This document shows positions 20,918 through 42,663 of a DNA stretch of 64,000 nt, one piece after another. Position numbers and translations under genes: made by a program. Within the stretch, counting starts at the first letter, position 1, and each line of letters begins with the position of its first letter. Source of the stretch: a virus; IMG/VR virus record IMGVR_UViG_3300035682_001186, positions 1 through 64,000 of that record. One strand, 5' to 3'. The notes beneath the pieces were generated by a model, which was given only the letters and a program-made list of their open reading frames with translations, was not told the DNA's origin and made no database searches.

Positions 20918-21801
20918 AATTCACCAAAAAATTTATTCCATTCTGTTTTACGAATATTCCATGAATATCTTAGATTGAACCAATCACTTTGTTCTAATAG
21001 ACCTTCACTGGAATAATTATTTATAGCGTCATTTAGAGCTTGAGAATAATTGTGTGTGAGTTCTTGTCTATCATCACTATAGTCTACATATGTGGCATAG
21101 TCATCACACGTTTCGGATAATGCCCCATAATTAGTTGTTACTATACGACAACCAGCTGCGCCGGCTTCAATAGCGGATAAACAACTTGTTTCTTCATATA
21201 TACTTGGATAGGCTAATATATGAGATTGTTGAAGTGCATATCTAACTGCCTGATTCATACCAAAACCTTTATAGATAACATTTTTCATTGTACGACAACG
21301 ATGAAACAATTGTTCTATATGTGAATTAGTGGCATATCCTTTACCATAGATAATATTGGATGAATAGACTGTCAATTCAACATCCGATCTGTTGAGTAGT
21401 TGAAAAGCGTCTAGTAATACTTCTAATCCACGATTAGGCATACTGGTATAAATCAATCTTATTTTATCAGTTGGTTTATATTTAAATTCAATATCTTCAA
21501 TGGCATTTCTGATAACTAGATTTTTAGATTCATCTACTGGAAATCTATTTTGAAATTGATTTTTTTGCCATTCAGATACATAAACAAATTTATCTATATT
21601 ATCGGTAAAATTTTTATATAACATACCGATAATATTTTGTTGATCGTATGATAGATGTTGCCAAACAATGTTTGCACGATTTGGATCTATTAGACCTTCA
21701 TAACAAACAGAAACAATCAAATTGATCTGATCAGACCAATCTGTTCCTGTATATTTAATTAAGTTATTGTAAAGTAATTCTGTTCCGCCGATAGGTTTCA
21801 T
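20905..21801 (-). CDS. GT4-like glycosyltransferase
   Basis: GGTE, IYTSMPNRGL, YPSIYEETSCLSAIEAGAAG (EX7E). Confidence 0.88.
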   Translation of the reverse strand: MKPIGGTELLYNNLIKYTGTDWSDQINLIVSVCYEGLIDPNRANIVWQHLSYDQQNIIGMLYKNFTDNIDKFVYVSEWQKNQFQNRFPVDESKNLVIRNAIEDIEFKYKPTDKIRLIYTSMPNRGLEVLLDAFQLLNRSDVELTVYSSNIIYGKGYATNSHIEQLFHRCRTMKNVIYKGFGMNQAVRYALQQSHILAYPSIYEETSCLSAIEAGAAGCRIVTTNYGALSETCDDYATYVDYSDDRQELTHNYSQALNDAINNYSSEGLLEQSDWFNLRYSWNIRKTEWNKFFGELCVK

Positions 21802-21873
21802 ACATATATTTAATATGAAACTTAGTGACAGAAAATTAAAATTTAGATGATTGATTTATAAAAATATGTGACG

Positions 21874-22113
21874 CTATGAGGCGGGCGGATTTATAGGTTC
21901 ATCAGTATCCAAAATTCCATTCAATTTCCACAGTTCTGTATGTTCAAAAATTTGATCTACTGGATACGCTTGTACTGCTTCCCAAATAATTGAGGTTCCA
22001 TCATATGGAGTTCCAATAATCAGATTATTTTCTTCATCTGTATCTGCATTCAATCCAACTGCAGTATGTTCAGGGTTGGCCCAAAACATTGAATGTATTT
22101 GTTTAATTTTCAT
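21874..22113 (-). CDS. Small protein, possibly tail-fibre assembly chaperone
   Basis: Likely start MKIKQIH at 22113 after AAGGA; W.NPEHTA motif; follows adhesin-like gene. Confidence 0.55.
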   Translation of the reverse strand: MKIKQIHSMFWANPEHTAVGLNADTDEENNLIIGTPYDGTSIIWEAVQAYPVDQIFEHTELWKLNGILDTDEPINPPAS

Positions 22114-22126
22114 TTTAATTTCCTTT

Positions 22127-24319
22127 TCAAGAGGGTGATCTAACAATATTTGCACCAGATCCCAAAATAAAAAATTGAAATCCGTTGTAATATGAATATA
22201 TAGGATATTGAGATGATCCAAAAGCTGTAGTGAAGTTAGGTCTTAAAACCCATGTAACTGCGTCTGTTGATGTAGCGCACGTGCCAAGTAATCCGCTAGC
22301 AATAAAAAAAGATCCAGTCCAACCAATTGTGGTTATGTTTTGTGTAGTTACCGCTGCAAGACCAGGCCGCGCTGTCCAAGAAATTCCATCAATTGACGAA
22401 ACACAACTACCTTCGGAACCGACTACCACTATCAGAGAACTGTTCGTGCTTACAGCAATAGAGTTCGGGGTCATTGTTGACGATGAGTAGGCTGCGTTGA
22501 ATGCAGTAGACCGATTTGTCCAAGTAATACCATCAGGTGATGTACTTAACGCTCTGCTAGATGAACTTAGTCCATTAGTAAGAATAAATAAGCCTAATGT
22601 GGGACTCCATGCTAATGCATGCCCGTTGGCAAAGTTTGCTTGGAAACTAGGAAATCCAGGAGATGAGAATGTCCAAGTAATACCATTGGTTGAACGAACG
22701 ACTCTAGGGCTGGAGCCGCGCGATTCGCCAACTAAAAATGTTGTTCCATTCCACACCAAATTAGTAGTAGATGACGAGAGGAAACTGGTAACGGAAGTAA
22801 AACTGTTTGAACGAGTCCATGTAATTCCATCAGGAGAATAACAAGCAAAACAAGTTTCGCCTGATCCCTCCAGACCAGTTGCAACATAATTTATTCCATT
22901 ATAATTAATAGATTTAAGACTTGCCAAAGAAGTGGTGTTGGTTACAGCAATTGCTGCTAAACCAGGTTGTGAAGTCCATGTACTTCCATTGTTTGTTGAT
23001 GTGGCACAAGTACCATTATTTCCAACAACAACTGTCAATCCCGTCGATGAATTTCTTATAATACCAGATACGGTCATGGCTAAATTTCCAAGTGACCCAA
23101 TTGGAAATGTGGTCCCATCTGTTGATCTATAGTATAGTCCGATAGAACCAGTATATGATATCTGACTTGATGATCTAGAAAGTTGTGCTGGTGACTGAGT
23201 AGTAGAAAAAGTTACTCTGGTTGTCCAATTAACTAAATCTGTTGATGTTGCAATTCGCTGTTGCGAAACAGCTACGTAAGTTGATCCCAATTTTAATATA
23301 TCAAACTGTCCCCCAATAGCACTAGTAGACATTTTTGTATAATTGATTCCATCAGATGTGTAAACAGTTGGGTATCCAGGTGTTCTGCAAAAGGTTATAT
23401 TGTCATATGTTATTGAAGCTGGACCACTTGGGGTCCCAAAGTCGGCTGTTCCATAAGCAGTAGCACATCCAGACCTATACGCCCAAGTAATACCGTCATC
23501 AGATGTAATTGCTATCATTTGATAAAAACTACCAGAACCGTTTGAAGAGTAGCCAAAGCTTATAAAACGACTTCCATTCCAAACACATCCCCAACCGCCA
23601 ATCTTAGTTCCACCATTATTTGGAGCTAAAGCAACTTGTGCAGCATATGACGCTGATGAACTTGTCCACGTAATACCATCAGTGGAATACGCTGCAGCGC
23701 CGCCATATGCAACAACACACCAACGGGTTAAGCTAGAAGAATATGCCATCTGTATATTGTTTGGTCCGAACGCGCCAAATACTGCTGCCAAAGTGCCTGA
23801 GGTCCATGTTACACCATTATTTGAAGAATAGAAATATAATGGTGTTAAAGGTGATGTAATAACCCATCTACCATTAGCAAAGTAAAGTCGTTGTTGCAAG
23901 GTGCGGGCGAGTAAACTGTTAATATTAGGTAATTCATTTAGATTACTTGAAACCGTATTCCAATTAACTCCATCCGATGATGAACGAATAGTCCAATTTG
24001 GTGCTGAAAAACTCAAAGCTAAAAATATAGATCCATTCCAAGCCGTATTATTAATATTTGATGTAACATCTGATACTGTGAAGTTTGTTGAAAAATTAGT
24101 TAGATTTGCAAAAGTTTGCCCAAGAATACCGGCATTAGTACCATAAAAATTAGAGATACTAATTGCGCCAGAGCTTGGTACTGCGCCATTAGTTCCAGAT
24201 ATGCCAGTAGCTACTAAACCTCCTCCGGCATAGTATTCGCTTAAACTGATTGGGTTAGTTCCACCAAATTCAGTTTGTATATCATTTAATGATAATGCAC
24301 CAGTAGTTGGTAATGTCAC
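22127..24319 (-). CDS. Fibre-tip adhesin-like protein with Asp-box beta-propeller repeats
   Basis: MTLPTTGALSLNDIQTEFGG...SISNFYG N-terminus; many S.DG.TW repeats. Confidence 0.7.
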   Translation of the reverse strand: MTLPTTGALSLNDIQTEFGGTNPISLSEYYAGGGLVATGISGTNGAVPSSGAISISNFYGTNAGILGQTFANLTNFSTNFTVSDVTSNINNTAWNGSIFLALSFSAPNWTIRSSSDGVNWNTVSSNLNELPNINSLLARTLQQRLYFANGRWVITSPLTPLYFYSSNNGVTWTSGTLAAVFGAFGPNNIQMAYSSSLTRWCVVAYGGAAAYSTDGITWTSSSASYAAQVALAPNNGGTKIGGWGCVWNGSRFISFGYSSNGSGSFYQMIAITSDDGITWAYRSGCATAYGTADFGTPSGPASITYDNITFCRTPGYPTVYTSDGINYTKMSTSAIGGQFDILKLGSTYVAVSQQRIATSTDLVNWTTRVTFSTTQSPAQLSRSSSQISYTGSIGLYYRSTDGTTFPIGSLGNLAMTVSGIIRNSSTGLTVVVGNNGTCATSTNNGSTWTSQPGLAAIAVTNTTSLASLKSINYNGINYVATGLEGSGETCFACYSPDGITWTRSNSFTSVTSFLSSSTTNLVWNGTTFLVGESRGSSPRVVRSTNGITWTFSSPGFPSFQANFANGHALAWSPTLGLFILTNGLSSSSRALSTSPDGITWTNRSTAFNAAYSSSTMTPNSIAVSTNSSLIVVVGSEGSCVSSIDGISWTARPGLAAVTTQNITTIGWTGSFFIASGLLGTCATSTDAVTWVLRPNFTTAFGSSQYPIYSYYNGFQFFILGSGANIVRSPS

Positions 24320-24346
24320 GCTTCTGTATCCTTATCTAATTAGAAT

Positions 24347-24946
24347 TTATTTCAGAAATTTGCACTTCAAATTCTTTAATAAATTCATTATTAAACCAAT
24401 CATAGTAGTACTTTTAACATTTTTACTCTTAAGTTCATCAATTTCTGTCTTGAGTTCAACAATTGATGCAAATGACAATGCTACTAATTTTTCATAATCA
24501 ACTGCTAATGTACCATCTTCACGAGTACGAACGGCTTGTGGAAACACTGACTGTACATCTTGTGCTATAACACCAAAGTCTGACTTTTGAACAAAATAAC
24601 CGTCCTCACCTCCGCGTTGTGCAACATAATCATCAGTCCAGTCAAATGTTTTACCACCAATCGCTGATACTTTATTAAGAGCATCGGGAATATCTTGAAT
24701 GTTCTCTTTAAATTTACGATCTGAAGAGTAAAAAGCAATTATATTATTAGTAGAACGAATCTCTCCAGTGGTCTGGACCACATTGTTAATATTCATCAAA
24801 ACTTGTGATGAAGTCACAGTGGTGCCGCCCACAGCCACTTGCTTGTACAATGTATTTGTACTGGCATCAAACCATTCATCACCCAGCTGTTGACTAACAG
24901 GCTGGGTGTTTGCAGTACGATTTACAATATACGGTCTGCTGCTCAT
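24347..24946 (-). CDS. Short fibre protein with C-terminal intramolecular chaperone (peptidase S74)
   Basis: YSSDRKFKENI, GVIAQDV, VDYEKLVALSFASIVEL coiled coil. Confidence 0.85.
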   Translation of the reverse strand: MSSRPYIVNRTANTQPVSQQLGDEWFDASTNTLYKQVAVGGTTVTSSQVLMNINNVVQTTGEIRSTNNIIAFYSSDRKFKENIQDIPDALNKVSAIGGKTFDWTDDYVAQRGGEDGYFVQKSDFGVIAQDVQSVFPQAVRTREDGTLAVDYEKLVALSFASIVELKTEIDELKSKNVKSTTMIGLIMNLLKNLKCKFLK

Positions 24947-24958
24947 TGTTCTGTATCC

Positions 24959-27838
24959 TTAAGCCTGACTTTCTGTCCAACCTAAACGAGCATTGACTGA
25001 GTTAGTTGCAACTGCTGTAATATTAGTAGCACACAATGTCAACACATCTGGTCCATCTGGATACTTACCCTGGTCGGCTGTGGGCACGTTGTTGTTTAGA
25101 CCACCGCCTAGAATACTAGTTCCCAAGTCTCTAACTCCATCCAAAGCTGTAGTAGTTACACCCGGAGTATTGGTAAAGAATCCAAAAATGTCTTCGCCAC
25201 CTGATATAGTCTGTCCACTAGCATGAAATGCAATCTGACTCAAACTAGATCCACCTAAGTTTTGAAATGTTCCAGCACTAAGACGACCATTAAGACGACC
25301 CGTAATCAACAACGACACACTAGCACCTGTACTATAAACCCCGCATTGTTTTAACACCAACTGCATACGATTTTGAAGTTCGCGTATGCCCATGGTACCA
25401 ACAAGACCAGAGTCTACGCTAGGCGATACACGTAGACTGATTAGTGGTTGTGTGACACCTGCGCCAATGTTGGTAATGGCATTTCGCATACCTGCCACGA
25501 ATTCAAATTGCTTGTCATCGTCAAACCCACCATCCATAATTACTGAACTACCCCAGTGATTGATCGCAGGCGCAACTTGCGGACTGTATTGTTCTACTTT
25601 GACAGGCGCTGTTGCACTGAATGTAAATGTAGTGGCAACTCCTGTTCCACCCCCACCAGTAAGACCACCAGGACCAGTTAGATTGATGACATTTCTCGTT
25701 AGACCAGTAAATGTAGTTGCTGTTTTACCAGTATAGGATATGTACTCTATAGCACCAGTTGTGGCTGATGCAATGACTGCCAACACTCCCGATGGTGCAA
25801 AAAATGTAGTATCAGCCACACTCATGCTTGCCGTAATACCAGATGTCAAGGTTGCTGTCAAATATGTGTAATAAGGCAAACTACTGGTTTCGTATCTGGC
25901 CGGCAAGTTACCCGACCGGAAATAGGCTTCTGTGTTGAGGTTATTGTTGATTATACGATGACAGTAAATCACTTCGCCACGATTATTTTTAAATCCAAAT
26001 CTCACAGAACCAGCACCATACCAGCTGTAATCCATGTAAAGCATCTGAATACGAGCCAAGTTAATGTTGTAAAGACTGGCCCCTGTTCCATCACAGCGAT
26101 CAATGTTCCAGTTGGTCTGTGCAAAACGTGTGTCTACCGTTCTACTGATTACACAGTTAATAGCTGTAGCACCACGATATTCTGGGTAAATAGTCATACT
26201 GGTATCTGATGCTATATGTTGTATAATGTAGCTTTGTCCACGTATTACAATAAAATCGCCTGGCTTAAATTCACTAGAAAACTTAGTTGAAGTGCCTGTA
26301 ACAGTGGGACTGTCTTGAGTCACTGATGATGTTCCAGATGTTTGCAGAGTACTACTGCGTCGTACTACCCACAGAGTTTGTCCATCAAATTCAAAAAATG
26401 CTCCATTCTGACTGTCAAACATGCCTACACGAATTGGACCTCCATACCAAGAATTTGGAGCCACAGTAATATTGTTACCAGTGGCAGGTGTTGCTGACGG
26501 AGTACTTAACGCTGTAAATGTAAAAACATAAAAATTTGTAACCGCAGTTACAGTAAATGTTCCATTGTAAGCAGTTTGATCGGCTCCAGTGATAATCACT
26601 GTAGCACCAACTCCTAGACCATGACTCAGACGAGTGGTTACTGTTACTGTAGCGCCAGAACTGGTTATGTTGTTTATTGTCAGATTTGGTTTCAGAATAG
26701 TTCCAGTACTGAACTGTATGGCTTTACCAGACTGATAGCGAAACTGTCGGCGTGACTGACGTATAACTTGACCGCCGTGATATGGAAGTTGATTACTACT
26801 TTGTACTCCTCCATCAAAAGGTCTGTGTTCTATATAACCCAGAGTTCTAGTATAAAGTGAAGCGTTGAGCACTGCTGTAATTGTTCCGGTAGCTGTACAA
26901 GCAAAAGTAAATGTGTTTGCAGTGGGTGTGGTGGCCACAGTCCAACTGGAGTTTAGTCTACCAGTAGCACCTGTAGTACCTATTATGAAAATACCACTGC
27001 CTACTCGTAGTCCATGTGGATTGGTGGTGGTTACTGTGCCTATAGTACCATTCAACACAATAGAATTAGTAGCAGCAGGAATAGCAGCACCTGTGAAAAA
27101 GTCTGCAATAAACAAATAAGTTTTAGTAGCATCAAACAAAGCTGCGGCCGGACTTGTGACTGCGCTATAGGTAAAGCTAGTGTTGGTTGTTACACTTTCT
27201 ACTATCCAATATCCGTCAGCATTAGCAGTATCTAGCGTACCTTGTATGAATATGGGTCTGCCTACAGTAATACCAGTGGTGTTATTGATAGTCACTGTGA
27301 CTGTGGTGGTACTGGCAGTCACGTTGGTCATGGTATAAGAACCTGAAGCGCCACGATATGTGGGTACGCTGGCCACGTTGCTGATACCCTGACTGGAATC
27401 ATAGAATGATGATGGACGATTGTTTACAAGAGTTTGACTTTCCCATTTAGTTGGTTGAATACCATATTCAAAGTCGGTATCAATCAAGGCTTGAGGTGTA
27501 CTGACTCGTAACTTGTCTACAGGATCTCTAAGAGTTTCGTTGGGTTTAACTTCGTAGTAACTTTCTTCAACCATGACAGAAATTTTATCAGTACTGTTCA
27601 TAGCCGTGGTGTTATACGCCAACACAATGGTGGTAGTTTCTAAACCAGTGGTTGAATCCACCGCGTTAACATAACTACTAGCACCTAGACTTGGGTCCGA
27701 AAAATTATAGATCACTGTATCGGTAGTGGTATTAGTGATCAACAATAGTTGTTCTCTACGAATATTTTTACCGATAACTTGTACTGTACGAGTTCCTGGG
27801 GTAAAAGTATATCTTTCAATTATAACGTTCTTTGCCAT
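24959..27838 (-). CDS. Large virion structural / fibre protein
   Basis: 959 aa Thr/Gly-rich beta protein with repeated T..HGL.VG..(I/V).I.G modules; DTDFEYG.QPTKWE. Confidence 0.7.
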   Translation of the reverse strand: MAKNVIIERYTFTPGTRTVQVIGKNIRREQLLLITNTTTDTVIYNFSDPSLGASSYVNAVDSTTGLETTTIVLAYNTTAMNSTDKISVMVEESYYEVKPNETLRDPVDKLRVSTPQALIDTDFEYGIQPTKWESQTLVNNRPSSFYDSSQGISNVASVPTYRGASGSYTMTNVTASTTTVTVTINNTTGITVGRPIFIQGTLDTANADGYWIVESVTTNTSFTYSAVTSPAAALFDATKTYLFIADFFTGAAIPAATNSIVLNGTIGTVTTTNPHGLRVGSGIFIIGTTGATGRLNSSWTVATTPTANTFTFACTATGTITAVLNASLYTRTLGYIEHRPFDGGVQSSNQLPYHGGQVIRQSRRQFRYQSGKAIQFSTGTILKPNLTINNITSSGATVTVTTRLSHGLGVGATVIITGADQTAYNGTFTVTAVTNFYVFTFTALSTPSATPATGNNITVAPNSWYGGPIRVGMFDSQNGAFFEFDGQTLWVVRRSSTLQTSGTSSVTQDSPTVTGTSTKFSSEFKPGDFIVIRGQSYIIQHIASDTSMTIYPEYRGATAINCVISRTVDTRFAQTNWNIDRCDGTGASLYNINLARIQMLYMDYSWYGAGSVRFGFKNNRGEVIYCHRIINNNLNTEAYFRSGNLPARYETSSLPYYTYLTATLTSGITASMSVADTTFFAPSGVLAVIASATTGAIEYISYTGKTATTFTGLTRNVINLTGPGGLTGGGGTGVATTFTFSATAPVKVEQYSPQVAPAINHWGSSVIMDGGFDDDKQFEFVAGMRNAITNIGAGVTQPLISLRVSPSVDSGLVGTMGIRELQNRMQLVLKQCGVYSTGASVSLLITGRLNGRLSAGTFQNLGGSSLSQIAFHASGQTISGGEDIFGFFTNTPGVTTTALDGVRDLGTSILGGGLNNNVPTADQGKYPDGPDVLTLCATNITAVATNSVNARLGWTESQA

Positions 27839-27840
27839 TT

Positions 27841-28518
27841 TTATTCATCTCCTAGTGCGATTGTTTCTGGGGCAAACGGGTACCTGCGTGTTTGAATTGT
27901 TGACGAATTATCAGTAATAATTATAGATGATTGATCGCCAATTGCTGGCGAATTATAAATGATAACATTACTACTAACTGAATCACTTTTAATTCTAAAT
28001 CCTCTCCAACTATCATAGTCTACAAACCAAGGCCAAGTTAATTGTGTTACATATGGTGCCAAAGTTTGCCCACCTACTGTGACACTTACATCTTTACTAT
28101 TTACAATATTTGTTACATTAGATTGATTATTTTTCAACGAAAACACTGAAGTTACATTGTCAAATTGATTTGATATATCATTAAGAACTACATTCAGATT
28201 AGGCGTAATCAAATTACCATAAATTTCTACATTACCGCCATATTGTGTCATTCTAATAGTGCTATTGGCAAATACTTCAATGATAGGTATACCAGATACA
28301 TCATTGACTGAAAATATAGTACCAGTTAAACTATTTGTTATTGACAATAACTGACCTGCTGTTCCACTAAAACTTAACGTTCCATTACTATCTGGAAGAG
28401 TTGTAAGTGTAATATTTTGAGCAGCAAGTGTAGAATTAGCCCCACTAAACACAATAGTTGGATCAGTAGTTTGTCCTATGTTTGGAGTAATTACTATATT
28501 TTTGTCTGAATTTGCCAT
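27841..28518 (-). CDS. Virion structural protein (fibre-associated)
   Basis: MANSDKNIVITPN..., FSVNDVSGIP; in fibre operon. Confidence 0.65.
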   Translation of the reverse strand: MANSDKNIVITPNIGQTTDPTIVFSGANSTLAAQNITLTTLPDSNGTLSFSGTAGQLLSITNSLTGTIFSVNDVSGIPIIEVFANSTIRMTQYGGNVEIYGNLITPNLNVVLNDISNQFDNVTSVFSLKNNQSNVTNIVNSKDVSVTVGGQTLAPYVTQLTWPWFVDYDSWRGFRIKSDSVSSNVIIYNSPAIGDQSSIIITDNSSTIQTRRYPFAPETIALGDE

Positions 28519-28535
28519 TCTTTATCCTAATGCAT

Positions 28536-28573
28536 TATTTATCATATGTATTTATCATATGTATTTATCATAT
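28536..28573 (-). repeat. Three tandem 13-bp units each carrying the late promoter GATAAATA
   Basis: TATTTATCATATG, TATTTATCATATG, TATTTATCATAT on + strand. Confidence 0.85.
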
Positions 28574-29245
28574 TCCATAACGTGATCTTAAGGCTGTAAA
28601 GTTTGTTTGTATCTCTGTAAAACTCAATCCTCTATTATATATTAGCGCAGTTGCAATATCTCCCTGAAGATATTCTGTTGAATATGTTTTTGCAACTTGA
28701 ATTGTAGTTGAGGTTACATTATGTGAAGTTGGAGTATCACTACCAACATTAGTAGTATTTGCCCATACTCTTCTATTGGTCCCATCAAATTGTGCTGTTG
28801 CCATAAACCAAGTTCCCACAGACAATCCTGCATTATTATTTGTAATTGCAAGATCATTATTCCACCAATAATGTGACAAATATCCAAGAGTACTGGTATA
28901 AGTTCTTAATGCATTTGATTGATTATTTGTATCAAATCCACCAATGGACATAATACCTTTACCATCTGTCCAAGATCCAGTAACTCTTACCCAACAAATC
29001 ATAGTATAAGGAGAATTTCCTGTGGGTATTGATGCACTCCCATCACCAGTAAAGTATCCAGTTAAACCTGTTGAAAAATATCCAGAACTGTTCCAAGTTG
29101 GTGAATTAGTTAAAGTTAAATTATTTCCATTACCACTCAGATCAGTCCAAGTTGTACCTGTACCTGGATAACTTCTAATGTTTGCAGCATCCACACACAA
29201 ACTTAGTCCATTGGTTATTATGTAGGGTCCATCATACGCACTCAT
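28568..29245 (-). CDS. LamG/concanavalin-A-like lectin domain virion protein
   Basis: TNGLSLCVDAAN..SYPGTGTTWTDLSGNGN; YNR.L...EI..NF.ALR.RYGI. Confidence 0.82.
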   Translation of the reverse strand: MSAYDGPYIITNGLSLCVDAANIRSYPGTGTTWTDLSGNGNNLTLTNSPTWNSSGYFSTGLTGYFTGDGSASIPTGNSPYTMICWVRVTGSWTDGKGIMSIGGFDTNNQSNALRTYTSTLGYLSHYWWNNDLAITNNNAGLSVGTWFMATAQFDGTNRRVWANTTNVGSDTPTSHNVTSTTIQVAKTYSTEYLQGDIATALIYNRGLSFTEIQTNFTALRSRYGI

Positions 29246-30546
29246 ATTCCAAATCTCCCTCTTAATGCATTAAAATTCTGAGAAATTTCTGGAGCTGATA
29301 ATGTTCGGTTATACATTTTCATATTGGCTACTGAATTCTTAGAGTATAACAAATAAAAACTAGCTCCGGGAGCAACGTTTTGAGTTTTTCCCAACCAAAG
29401 TTGATTACTAGTGAATACTCCTGAGACACTGGTTACTGTTGTTGATCCTGATCCAAGTGGAGATCCGTTGATATAGGGCGTAAATACATTACCTGATCTA
29501 GTTACTACTATTTGATACCAAGATCCTTGATTTATTTGAGCCCCAGTATCACCTAGAGTCCATGATGCACAAGTAGGACCAGCTGATCCATTCCATATTA
29601 CATATGACATTACAGTAGCAGTATACATAAATCCAGCGTGATATCCAGAATAAAGTGCTAACGTACTAGAACCTTCAGTTACATCACCGTATCCTCCAGG
29701 ATTTCTATCATCTATTCTGAACCAAACTTCCCAAGTATGATCATTATACAAAAAGTTAGTAACAGATAATGGACCTGATGTACTAACAAAAGACCCTCCT
29801 CCATCTTTTGGTATAGCGGCAGTACGAGTAAACTGCATATAACTATTTGTAGTATTAATATAATAAGCATTATTACCATAACTATCCGACATGTTATATC
29901 CGCCAATCGTATCTATTATATTGGTTGATCTAACAGTAGTAGTGGCTGTTGTTGCAGTATATTCATTCATTGACGAATTAAGTTCTAGTTGTGATCCATA
30001 TAGATAAACTGATCCAGTTGAATTTAAGTATATCTGCCATCTTAATACACTATTTGCTGCAATTGTTCCTGTTACGGTAGTATAGATTCTATACCATCCA
30101 TCTGCATAAGATACTGAATAACCAGTGGCAGTCCCGTTTGAAATCACTCCTGTACTGGGAGTAAAATTAAAACTAAAAGGTTGAGTTGAGCTCCCAAGAA
30201 AAAACGCAGCTAAAGTAATGGTTGTTGGTGGAGTGCTGGTTGCTTTGACAAAAACAGACAAGGTAACAGTTCCAGTTCCCGACAAACTGACATCTTGATA
30301 TATACTATCTCCAGAAACATATGAACTTGTAGCTAATGTATCGGCGTTTAATTGAAAATCAAGTGGATTTGATGTGGTATTTTGAGTTACTGTTACATTA
30401 GGTCCAATTGTAGCCCATGGACTATTAACGAATTGATCTGAATATTTTAATAAGTTCTGAGCAGGATTGAAACTTTTTATATTAGCAAAATCGTAGTTGG
30501 CTAATAAACTGTTTGTTATTACTGATGGAGAATGATTTAATCCCAT
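29242..30546 (-). CDS. LamG-like lectin protein with inserted carbohydrate-binding-like module
   Basis: Paralogous ends; NLLKYS...GWYRI...YGSQLE insert. Confidence 0.8.
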   Translation of the reverse strand: MGLNHSPSVITNSLLANYDFANIKSFNPAQNLLKYSDQFVNSPWATIGPNVTVTQNTTSNPLDFQLNADTLATSSYVSGDSIYQDVSLSGTGTVTLSVFVKATSTPPTTITLAAFFLGSSTQPFSFNFTPSTGVISNGTATGYSVSYADGWYRIYTTVTGTIAANSVLRWQIYLNSTGSVYLYGSQLELNSSMNEYTATTATTTVRSTNIIDTIGGYNMSDSYGNNAYYINTTNSYMQFTRTAAIPKDGGGSFVSTSGPLSVTNFLYNDHTWEVWFRIDDRNPGGYGDVTEGSSTLALYSGYHAGFMYTATVMSYVIWNGSAGPTCASWTLGDTGAQINQGSWYQIVVTRSGNVFTPYINGSPLGSGSTTVTSVSGVFTSNQLWLGKTQNVAPGASFYLLYSKNSVANMKMYNRTLSAPEISQNFNALRGRFGI

Positions 30547-31735
30547 TATATTCCATACCTTCCACGAAGAGCATTAAAGTTTTGTGAAACTTCAGTAGCA
30601 GTTAATGCCGTGTTATAAAATTTTGTAGTGGCTATTTTAGAATCTGAATATACTCCGCCACGTTGTCCTATAGTCACTACTTGTGTAGTATTGGTCACGT
30701 TAACTGTTGATTCTATAGAACCAATTAATACTCCATTTCTATAAAAACTCAACGTAGTTCCATTGTATGTTGTGCAGTAACATTGCCAGTTATTGAAAAA
30801 AACAGCATCAGTAAGTGTTGTGCCAACGCTGTTTTGTGTACCAGTTCCAAATCTTTCAGTTGCAACTAAATTAGATCCGGCTGCAACTCCGACTTTGGTA
30901 TAATATAAATTATATCCGTCGCGACCAGTACCAGTATTAGATTCTCTGTTGATGAAACCAGGATAATTGGAGCTGGTATCTGTTCTTGGATACACCCAAA
31001 CTTCAAAGCTATATGCGGATCTATTTAAAAATTGTAATAAACTAGAATTTGGTAAGTTTACACTGGCATTAGTTCCGTTAAATGACAAGTTTCCTTGATT
31101 TGAACCATCATATAATGGATTGTTAGAAAAAGTTCCAGTCAAACCATTGGAAGTTAAATCTCTCCAAAGATTGACATTGGCAGTTGCAACAGATCCAGTG
31201 GTTGTTGTCAATTGAGTGGCAGAAAAACCTGGCTCAATTTGTAGTCCCCAAAAATCTAATACATAATCTCTTGCACCGTCACTTAATAAATCTACAAAAG
31301 ATTTTGCAACAGCGGTAGATACAGCCGAAGATTGTACTCTAACCCATTCTCCTGTTATAAGACTGGAAGTATAATCTGCATTTGGAGTTCCATCTGCTAG
31401 ATCAAAGTTAGTTACACCAATTGATCCTGATACTTTTCTAACATAAAAACTCACAGTCCAGTTACTGGTCCCATTGGGTGTAAATGACGGTAATAAAACT
31501 CTTAATAGACTGTTGCCACCAGATGTACACGTTATTCTAACTGCGGTTGCAGTACCATCTGGCGCCACAATTCCTGTTGTCAATGTTGCATTAGTTGGAA
31601 AGTAGTTTGTCCAAGTAATAGCATTATAGTTACTATAGGATACATAGTTAATTCCACCGTAACTTTTTATATTAGCCGCATCTAAATAAAGAACTAAACC
31701 ATTAGTTACTATTTTAGGATTATAAGCTACTGCCA

Positions 31736-31736
<1 letters not shown>
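30546..31736 (-). CDS. LamG-like lectin protein with inserted module
   Basis: TNGLVLYLDAAN..SY; WGLQIE insert; NFNALRGRYGI end. Confidence 0.8.
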
Positions 31737-42490
<10,754 letters not shown>

Positions 42491-42586
42491 CTTCGTTTCC
42501 TTTTGGGTACTAGGCTATCATGTTTTAAATATGATTTATCTCTGTATTTATCAGTATGTTATAATTAAATTATTGACATTTTTAAT

Positions 42587-42610
42587 AAAAATAGCGTCTA
42601 GAGACGCTAT
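42587..42610 (-). terminator. Intrinsic terminator after 42664-46167
   Basis: ATAGCGTC-4 nt-GACGCTAT stem followed by T run on minus strand; GATAAATA at 42545-42552 restarts transcription. Confidence 0.65.
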
Positions 42611-42663
42611 AATTATGTATTATCAAATATATATTATAACCCAACTACGTTCAAATTTGAACG

